From: a virus
DNA length: 64,000 nucleotides
IMG/VR virus record: IMGVR_UViG_3300027759_003827
Location: 24,817 to 88,816 of that record
Direction: 5' to 3' (one strand)
The notes beneath the pieces were generated by a model. The model searched no databases and was not told where the DNA came from. It saw only the letters and a list, made by a program, of their open reading frames with translations. Positions 9,426-15,815 of this stretch are shown here, piece by piece; the stretch's first letter is position 1; every line of letters starts with the position of its first letter. A program made the translations under genes and the position numbers.

Positions 9426-10856
9426 TTAATAAACGATTGGATGTGCTGATTTTTTTCTTGGTTGCTTCTCTACCTTAATCAACTCGTATTTATGTCTTGG
9501 CTTCCATTTAGCAAATGTCTCTTCGATACCGTCAATAACGTTCTTAGACATCATTCTAGCCGATTGCATAGACTCTTCTGAAGTTACCCACTCTCTAGCT
9601 GCTTGACCTCTTTCTTCTCTTTCTTCTGGAGTTAATTTATAAACCTCTTCAATAGATGCTGCAATATCTCTAAAGTCAGCTCTATCGTCAAAGATATAAG
9701 GAGTTGGAATAGATCCTACAATACTCATATTGCTAGGGTATACCGGGAAGGCCCACTTACCGTGCTTCTTATAAGTACCGAAGTGATTAGAGCAAAACTT
9801 TTCATTAAAGTCAATCCACTCCCCTTTTTCATTTTCAAATCTTAATTGATCTTGCATACCGCCTGTAACTGTAGCTATGATTGGCTTACCGCACATCATT
9901 GACTCCGTTAAAGATAATCCCCATCCTTCATTAGAAGAGATTAGAGCAGTAACATCTGCGCAGTTATACATCGTACTCATTTGATGAGGAGTATATCTAT
10001 TTTCACAGAAGACTACTCTTTGATATTCTGGATCGCAGAATAACTCCACTACTGTAGGTAAGTCTGTACCATTCTCATCTAGTCTCTGAGTATGTAAAAG
10101 TAGAGCACATTTCTTAGCTTTCTCTTTTCCAATATTATCACAGAAGTGAGCATAAGCTAAAATTAAATCAGAAGTACATTTACGTCTAATATTTCTAGCA
10201 TTATATAAAACTACAAACTCAGGTTGATTATCTCCAAAATATTGCTTTCTCATTGCAACTACTTCAGGATCATTCTTATGCTTTACAGTAAAGATCTCTT
10301 CGTTAATACCGTGAGGTACATACTTAATAACTTTATCTTTAGCTTTTTCTCCTAATACTAATCTATTAATGTTAGCAGTTTGCTTTGAAATAGCTAATAA
10401 ACCGTCACAAGATTCATAGTAGGGTTTGTTATATAAAGGTGCAGGCAAGTCATCCCAGATGTTTAAATAAATCATAGGATACTTCTTTCTTAATTCACTC
10501 TCCATTTGAAATAACCAGATCCAGTATCTTGGATCGGTAAAGAACATAATAGCATCTGGCTTCTCCATCTCGATTATCTGACGAACCGTCTCTGGAGTAC
10601 CGTAGCCTGAAGTTGGGATTATAAACACCGAAGCATCTGGAATACCTGCAAGGTTATTTGTATCTTGACAGATATCAAACCTCTTCCCTTGGTCAGGATG
10701 CTGAATAGCAGCTCCTAAGTTTACCCAGTTAAAACGATGTGCTGTTCCAATGACAATCTCTTTAGCCATTGTTGAGATACCAGACGTAAATCTAATATCA
10801 TCGCAGAGTAGTAGAATTTTCTTTCTATCTGCCTGTGGGATGTAACCTTCTTTCAT
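9426..10856 (-). CDS. GT4 glycosyltransferase
   Basis: VPHGI, RNIRRK, NEGWGLSLTES (Ex7E), PIIATVTGG. Confidence 0.87.
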   Translation of the reverse strand: MKEGYIPQADRKKILLLCDDIRFTSGISTMAKEIVIGTAHRFNWVNLGAAIQHPDQGKRFDICQDTNNLAGIPDASVFIIPTSGYGTPETVRQIIEMEKPDAIMFFTDPRYWIWLFQMESELRKKYPMIYLNIWDDLPAPLYNKPYYESCDGLLAISKQTANINRLVLGEKAKDKVIKYVPHGINEEIFTVKHKNDPEVVAMRKQYFGDNQPEFVVLYNARNIRRKCTSDLILAYAHFCDNIGKEKAKKCALLLHTQRLDENGTDLPTVVELFCDPEYQRVVFCENRYTPHQMSTMYNCADVTALISSNEGWGLSLTESMMCGKPIIATVTGGMQDQLRFENEKGEWIDFNEKFCSNHFGTYKKHGKWAFPVYPSNMSIVGSIPTPYIFDDRADFRDIAASIEEVYKLTPEEREERGQAAREWVTSEESMQSARMMSKNVIDGIEETFAKWKPRHKYELIKVEKQPRKKSAHPIVY

Positions 10857-10863
10857 GTAACTT

Positions 10864-11070
10864 TTATTCTGTTGGTTTAGTATAACGTGCGTTTAATTGA
10901 TTGTTAATAGTCTTCTTAAACTCTTCGTCTGTTAAATATAAGAACATTGAGCGTTCTAACAAATTTCTCATGGTGATTTTATTCTTTACTGCTTCTGATT
11001 TAAAGGTATTGAATAAATCATCTTGAAGTCTGACTGTTGTAAGGATATCTCCTTTCTTTCCGATATGCAT
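10864..11070 (-). CDS. small protein, possible ribbon-helix-helix DNA binder
   Basis: TTVRL strand then two helices; start set downstream of the TATTTAT motif. Confidence 0.45.
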   Translation of the reverse strand: MHIGKKGDILTTVRLQDDLFNTFKSEAVKNKITMRNLLERSMFLYLTDEEFKKTINNQLNARYTKPTE

Positions 11071-11120
11071 AATATATGATTTGTTAATAAATATCACATA
11101 CCATATATAGAACTATATCC

Positions 11121-11984
11121 TTAATGATTCTTTTTATCACATAATTCCGGCTTATCAATATAAGGACAGAACCTACATTTATCGATGTTCTTTGTATATT
11201 TCTTTTCTTGATACTCTCCTTCTACGGTAAAAGCATCCTTAACGAAGTTCTGAATATCTTCGAAAGCATCGTTTACTTTCTTAGTACCGTTAGCAGGTTT
11301 AAACTCTTGTACTCTCTTAGGAGCAAACTCTAAATTCTCATTGATTTTCCTACGAACTATAAAGAACTGTACATCTATCTTGTCTTCTGGTATTCCCTTT
11401 AAATTTGAAAAGAATTTCTTGTAAAGAAGTATCTGATTAACTTTTACTTGATCTTTCTTTTCGTAATCAGACCAACCTCTTGTTGAGGTCTTAATATCGT
11501 AAATGATATACTTGTCTAGAGCTTTATCGTAAATAACTAAATCAATAAAGCCTTTCATAGTAACTTTATCATAACCTTCTACGATAGGACCTTTGATAGG
11601 GATCTCTATACCTATTAACTTACAATTTTTCTTGCTAAAGAATAATTTTCGTTTTCTCTTAAAGAAGTCTAAGATAGCTACAGCATCTTCATAGAACTCT
11701 GATAGTTCTTCCGGAGTAGAAAAATGACCTGCATAAGCATTTGCTTTATACAGTTCCATTAACTTAGTCTTAAAATAAGTAGGGAGATGTATCTTATCTG
11801 CTTCAGTAGCAGAACTATCAAACATTACTTGAAGATAATTCTGTAACGTTTCGTGAAAGGCTGTACCAAAGATTAAATGAATGCTAGGTTTAAAAGGCTG
11901 TAGCTTCTTAACATAATTTAAATACCATTGATGCGGACAATTCTTATAGATTTGATACTGAGAAAACGAAACAGTTTTACTCAC
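11121..11984 (-). CDS. PD-(D/E)xK exonuclease, Cas4/AddB-like with 4-Cys staple
   Basis: CP..., GTAFHE, GFIDLV, YDIKTS, QxxxY, CRFCPY...C. Confidence 0.85.
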   Translation of the reverse strand: MSKTVSFSQYQIYKNCPHQWYLNYVKKLQPFKPSIHLIFGTAFHETLQNYLQVMFDSSATEADKIHLPTYFKTKLMELYKANAYAGHFSTPEELSEFYEDAVAILDFFKRKRKLFFSKKNCKLIGIEIPIKGPIVEGYDKVTMKGFIDLVIYDKALDKYIIYDIKTSTRGWSDYEKKDQVKVNQILLYKKFFSNLKGIPEDKIDVQFFIVRRKINENLEFAPKRVQEFKPANGTKKVNDAFEDIQNFVKDAFTVEGEYQEKKYTKNIDKCRFCPYIDKPELCDKKNH

Positions 11985-12168
11985 TCAGGGTTTGTTTAAT
12001 TTTTTCTAAATATAGAATAGCATCCATATGCTCTTGCTTAGCATGCTCAATCCATTCGAGTAAACTTAAGTCGGTACGATCTAAATCAACACCGTACTTA
12101 GCTTTACCCTTAGCAGCTCTTTCTTCAAACTGCTGAATAATGGAAGTTACGATTGAATCTAACTGCAT
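11977..12168 (-). CDS. small all-alpha protein, possibly MazG-like NTP pyrophosphatase
   Basis: KGKAKYG and EHAKQEHMD acidic helix. Confidence 0.45.
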   Translation of the reverse strand: MQLDSIVTSIIQQFEERAAKGKAKYGVDLDRTDLSLLEWIEHAKQEHMDAILYLEKIKQTLSE

Positions 12169-12386
12169 TATAATCCTAAGTTTTTAGGTTGAAACTTCTC
12201 GTTTACATATCCGCACTTAGTACATGCAAAGCTTGGGATAGGAACTAAAGCGTCTTGATCTGTACCTGCAATAAACTTACTTACTTCACGTAAGAAAGTT
12301 ACTTGGTTAAAGGTTTCGCAACCACACTCCTCGCATACGATAGGAGTAGTTTTGTCCATTGTAATGTTTAAATTCTGCTGTGCCAT
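12168..12386 (-). CDS. Zn-ribbon protein
   Basis: CEEC...CTKC. Confidence 0.65.
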   Translation of the reverse strand: MAQQNLNITMDKTTPIVCEECGCETFNQVTFLREVSKFIAGTDQDALVPIPSFACTKCGYVNEKFQPKNLGL

Positions 12387-12404
12387 ATTATTTGTTTTAT
12401 AATT

Positions 12405-12436
12405 TAAATGTAAAATAAAAAAGCCAATCTAACAAC
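12405..12436 (-). promoter_or_regulatory. Bacteroidota sigma-A-type promoter, overlapping a terminator-like hairpin
   Basis: GTTG-N20-TACATTTA. Confidence 0.65.
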
Positions 12437-12455
12437 TTTTAGACTGGCTTTATTA

Positions 12456-12791
12456 AAGTTACTGTTCTTTAACTAATTTTTATTTTTTAGTTATTAATTT
12501 GTTTTCTAATTTATCTATGCGTGAATCTATAATAGCAACTAGACTGTCCTGACGACTGTCCATTTCTCTGTGTATATTATCAAATTGATCGTTCATATCT
12601 CTATAAACATGTGATTGATTGTGATGTACACATCTTTCAACTTCCTTTAGATGTTCTTCTAATCTACTTACCTTAACGAAAGCATAAACAGCAACTATTG
12701 CAACAGCAATAACCACTACAAATGCTATCCCTAAAACGAATGATAGTGTTTCCATAATTTATTTCTCCTGTATGTTAAAGAACAGTAACTT
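12456..12791. repeat. perfect 18-bp inverted repeat enclosing ORF 12480-12755
   Basis: aagttactgttctttaac (12456-12473) / gttaaagaacagtaactt (12774-12791). Confidence 0.9.
12480..12755 (-). CDS. membrane-anchored coiled-coil protein
   Basis: N-terminal TM helix, then heptad-like region. Confidence 0.7.
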   Translation of the reverse strand: METLSFVLGIAFVVVIAVAIVAVYAFVKVSRLEEHLKEVERCVHHNQSHVYRDMNDQFDNIHREMDSRQDSLVAIIDSRIDKLENKLITKK

Positions 12792-12792
12792 G

Positions 12793-12951
12793 CTGTAGGG
12801 GCTGGAATCGAACCAGCACGCTGCGATTCAATATAAGACAAATAAGCCGGCTTTGTGGTCAACCCATATCTTACATCTATCTCTGATCAGCACCCCCTAG
12901 ACGAGAGGGCACGTCTGCCACGAGGAGCGACCTCTTTTCCGCCACCCTACA
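12793..12951 (-). ncRNA. tRNA-like RNA (~160 nt) with D-loop hairpin insertion and ~80-nt variable arm; GUC at the anticodon position
   Basis: acceptor TGTAGGG/CCCTACA+G; T arm GCTGG-TTCGATT-CCAGC; D arm GCGGAA..TGGCAGACGT; CCCTC-TCGTCTA-GGGGG. Confidence 0.8.
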
Positions 12952-12956
12952 ATTTA

Positions 12957-13205
12957 TTAATCGATAACGTCTTCACTAAGGTCGATATCAAACTTCGATT
13001 GATTAATTCTAGCTTGCTCTGCTTCTTTAACCATTCTAATCCAGGTCATAGATACATCTACTGGAGCTAGAATCCAGGCCATCATTAATACCATAATAGA
13101 ATCCATTTCTGGAGATGTTCCGTAATCTAACCCTCTAGTTCTATACTTGATGTTAAGACGGTAGAAGCAGTAAATAATACAGATAATGTAGTAAATAAAA
13201 AACAT
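12957..13205 (-). CDS. small membrane protein
   Basis: two hydrophobic segments; start moved to ATG 13205 to avoid tRNA-Gln. Confidence 0.6.
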   Translation of the reverse strand: MFFIYYIICIIYCFYRLNIKYRTRGLDYGTSPEMDSIMVLMMAWILAPVDVSMTWIRMVKEAEQARINQSKFDIDLSEDVID

Positions 13206-13220
13206 ATAATTTAAGTTTAG

Positions 13221-13291
13221 TTCCCACTCATGGATTCGAACCACAACAAACAGTACCAAAAACTGTCGTACTACCGTTATACTAAATGGGA
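13221..13291 (-). tRNA. tRNA-Gln(TTG)
   Basis: TCCCATT/AGTGGGA acceptor, ACAGT-TTTTGGT-ACTGT, GGTTCGAATCC. Confidence 0.92.
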
Positions 13292-13299
13292 TGAAAGAG

Positions 13300-13384
13300 C
13301 GGAAAGACAGGGATTCGAACCCCAGAACCTATTACAGTTGCCGGTTTTCAAGACCGGTGCATTCAACCACTCTGCCATCTTTCC
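13300..13384 (-). tRNA. tRNA-Ser(TGA)
   Basis: GGAAAGA/TCTTTCC+G, CCGGT-CTTGAAA-ACCGG, long variable arm. Confidence 0.95.
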
Positions 13385-13500
13385 GTTTAACCTAGCACCA
13401 TCTCTAGGTCGTGTCCCTTCTAAGGTGTTACCTCTGACTGTCCATGCATGGAGTGGGATTCTGTCTCTGGTTGGCGGTTCACTACTCCGCTTTAGCTCTG

Positions 13501-13573
13501 AGCCTCGCTACGGACTTGAACCGCAGACCTGCTGATTACAAATCAGCTGCTCTACCAGCTGAGCTAGCAAGGC
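13501..13573 (-). tRNA. tRNA-Thr(TGT)
   Basis: GCCTTGC/GCGAGGC, GCTGA-TTTGTAA-TCAGC, GGTTCAAGTCC. Confidence 0.95.
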
Positions 13574-13710
13574 AAATGCAACTTTTAAAGAGATTACCCT
13601 ATGAGTTGCCAACATCGCCGACATACGATTCGGGGCTATTAAGCGAGCAGATCTTACGGTATGCCACGGCCGTCTTCGTCGTTCCACGTTCGAACGATAA
13701 TAAATTCAGG

Positions 13711-13816
13711 AAAGTAGAAGATGGGTGCGTGGACATCTACTTTTACGATTGGCATTTCTAACCGCGAGGTACCCGCCCTTTCTACAGTTAAAGGATACAT
13801 TCCAATCAACCTTTAA
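13711..13816 (-). ncRNA. candidate pseudoknotted ncRNA
   Basis: TTAAAGG/CCTTTAA hairpin whose loop GATTGG is complementary to downstream CCAATC inside a second stem. Confidence 0.5.
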
Positions 13817-13826
13817 TATTATAACA

Positions 13827-13889
13827 ACTACCTACAATTTTTCAAAGTCGCCTCCTCGTCATGCGATGGTTATACCCGCGGCAGGTAGT
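13827..13889 (-). ncRNA. candidate three-way-junction RNA, hammerhead-like topology
   Basis: ACTACCTGC/GTAGGTAGT closing stem; ATGACGA-GGAG(GCGA)CTTT-GAAA core. Confidence 0.4.
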
Positions 13890-13897
13890 AGTTTTTG

Positions 13898-13969
13898 TTG
13901 CAAGAGAAGGATTCGAACCTCCGACCCCTAGGTTATGAGCCTAGTGAGCTACCTCTGCTCTATCTTGCG
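13898..13969 (-). tRNA. initiator tRNA-fMet(CAT)
   Basis: C1:A72 mismatch, CTAGG-CTCATAA-CCTAG, GGTTCGAATCC. Confidence 0.9.
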
Positions 13970-13972
13970 GTA

Positions 13973-14401
13973 TGGTGGAGATGGAGGGATTCGAACCCTC
14001 GTCTCCAGAAGTATAAATAATACCATTCTTACATGCTTTAGATCTACATTTTAAGCTGATCAGTAAAGGGCCGTACAGTTAAGTACCAGTTACCACCACT
14101 TGGTTTTATGACTACCAAGAAACTCCCAGAAGGAGCAGAGCTATAATACTGAGACTATAGCGGGGTTCACAATCCTTATTTAATGAGTCGATTGTGAGTA
14201 CTCATCGAATTCTGTTCCAAGGTATTCGCACCCGATGCAATTAAGCCGCTACTGCGTACTCGTTCGCGCCTACGAAAGACATTAAGTCTTCGAAGGTCAT
14301 AGTTGACATTTCGTCGTTTGTTGTTCGATAGAATATTTGAGTTCTACCACCTCTTGCATGCGATACTATCCATCTCATCTGGATCAAGTCCAGGCATCCC
14401 C
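13973..14401 (-). ncRNA. ssrA: tmRNA; tag reading frame 14315-14241
   Basis: 5' GGGGATG pairs with CATCTCC-ACCA (G3:U70), T arm GAGGG-TTCGAAT-CCCTC, tag ending YAVAA*. Confidence 0.95.
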
Positions 14402-14404
14402 ATA

Positions 14405-14429
14405 TTTTAAAGAACTGTATTATAAATAT
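14405..14429 (-). promoter_or_regulatory. ATATTTAT motif followed by boxA-like AGTTCTTTAAAA ahead of the tmRNA/tRNA array
   Basis: motif at 14422-14429; boxA-like at 14405-14416. Confidence 0.55.
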
Positions 14430-14501
14430 ATAGAAGTATATAATAAAAGACCTTTCTAACTACGTAGTCTTTGCAGGCCGGACACCCTGACGTCTTTTTC
14501 C

Positions 14502-14705
14502 TTACTTGATCTCTTCGTTACTAACTGGCTTCTCAGCTTCTACCTTATCCAAAGGTGTTACTGTTGAACCACCACCAGCAGTTGTATCAGCTACTACAGC
14601 TGTAGAATCTACAGTTACAGTAGTTGAATCAGTTTTTACTTCCGTAGAAGCGCCTCCGCATGCAGTTAATGCAGCGATAGCAAACATTGCGATTACTTTT
14701 TTCAT
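14502..14705 (-). CDS. small lipoprotein
   Basis: MKK-hydrophobic-LTAC lipobox; VDST/ADT repeats. Confidence 0.75.
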   Translation of the reverse strand: MKKVIAMFAIAALTACGGASTEVKTDSTTVTVDSTAVVADTTAGGGSTVTPLDKVEAEKPVSNEEIK

Positions 14706-14722
14706 CTTGTTCTTGTTTTTGT

Positions 14723-14974
14723 TTATTTAAATTGCGATAACACTTGGGTTAGTTGCGGCTTGGACATTACTCCGGAGTTTCTATAAACTACATTTCCGCT
14801 ATTCTCTACAATAATAGTAGGAACGCTTGACACGTTATATCTCTGTGCCATGTCTGGTTGTTGATCTACGTCAACATAATTAATGCCTACGCCTATTTCT
14901 GCGCTTACTGCTTGAACTGTAGGTTTAAACATTTTACATGGACCGCACCATGCTGCTGTAAAGTATAATACCAT
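14723..14974 (-). CDS. trxA: thioredoxin
   Basis: WCGPC, SVPT. Confidence 0.9.
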   Translation of the reverse strand: MVLYFTAAWCGPCKMFKPTVQAVSAEIGVGINYVDVDQQPDMAQRYNVSSVPTIIVENSGNVVYRNSGVMSKPQLTQVLSQFK

Positions 14975-15001
14975 CTTTTATCTTTTTATAAATGTATGAA
15001 C

Positions 15002-15337
15002 TTATTCTGAATCATCCAACTTTACTGAATGCTTTTCTTGAACTCCTGGTAAAGCAATAATTACTGGTTCTACTTTGTATATAGAGTTTACAGTATGAGC
15101 TAAGTCGTATCCTTCTTGTTCTTCTATTTCTAATACTTGAGATGTATTAAAGAACCTATCTCCTTTAATCATAAGAAAGCATTGATGTTCATTAGACTTC
15201 TCTAGGTTAATAGTCCCTTCCTTAACGTACCCTTCATTAATTTGATTAGGATGTTCGTTGTTAAATTTATTATCCTTTAATTTAGTCAATCGTATTACCG
15301 TGTCTCTATACTTACTAAAATCTATTAGCTCGCTCAT
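15002..15337 (-). CDS. hypothetical protein
   Basis: ORF in gene-dense array. Confidence 0.6.
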   Translation of the reverse strand: MSELIDFSKYRDTVIRLTKLKDNKFNNEHPNQINEGYVKEGTINLEKSNEHQCFLMIKGDRFFNTSQVLEIEEQEGYDLAHTVNSIYKVEPVIIALPGVQEKHSVKLDDSE

Positions 15338-15338
15338 A

Positions 15339-15776
15339 TTATTTTATTTTAAATTTAATATTTTTCTTTCCTATTTTAATTGATTCTATAATTAAATCTT
15401 CATAGTCTCTTCCAAAAAACTCTTTTAAATTTCTTCCTCTAGAAAGGTAAGGGCCTCCTGAAGGATCTACCATATCGATAGTATCCTTATCTGAATAAAT
15501 ATATTCTCCAAATAGTTTATAGAGAGCATTATTATACCAACCAGTACCGTCTTTCTCAACGTATAATGCTTCCTCAAATTCTTCAAGAGTTAGTAATTGA
15601 TTCCCTTCCAATTTAGCGTCTATAATTGCACTTGTTACATACTTCTCGTATGCTACATCGTACTTGTTAGGCCAGCTATATCTAAAATAGGGACTATAAC
15701 CAGACATAGTTACAGTTTTTCCCTTATGGTCAAAGGTAATCTTATCGTTGTAGCGGTTATGGTAGATTGCTTTCAT
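15339..15776 (-). CDS. hypothetical phage protein
   Basis: NRYND...VDPSGGPYL; directly after a promoter motif. Confidence 0.65.
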   Translation of the reverse strand: MKAIYHNRYNDKITFDHKGKTVTMSGYSPYFRYSWPNKYDVAYEKYVTSAIIDAKLEGNQLLTLEEFEEALYVEKDGTGWYNNALYKLFGEYIYSDKDTIDMVDPSGGPYLSRGRNLKEFFGRDYEDLIIESIKIGKKNIKFKIK

Positions 15777-15780
15777 AGAT

Positions 15781-15812
15781 TAAAATTAAGGAGACTTATT
15801 TAACCTACCAAC
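15781..15812 (-). promoter_or_regulatory. Bacteroidota sigma-A-type promoter
   Basis: GTTG-N20-TAATTTTA. Confidence 0.65.
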
Positions 15813-15815
15813 TTT

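Noticed and set aside
11121-11984. CRISPR-Cas system suggested by the Cas4-like nuclease
   Set aside because: No repeat-spacer array or other cas genes seen; stand-alone nucleases of this type are common in phages
12820-12892. Intron in the tRNA-like RNA
   Set aside because: The insert is in the variable arm, is far too short for a group I/II intron, and shows no clear bulge-helix-bulge
13385-13500. SAM-I riboswitch or HDV-like (theta) ribozyme after tRNA-Thr
   Set aside because: Only fragments resemble SAM-I (AGAG, CAACC, GGTGC), with no P1 or pseudoknot; no nested double pseudoknot could be built
12855-13931. Plus-strand ORFs across the RNA island
   Set aside because: They overlap tRNAs and structured RNAs; openness is explained by higher GC
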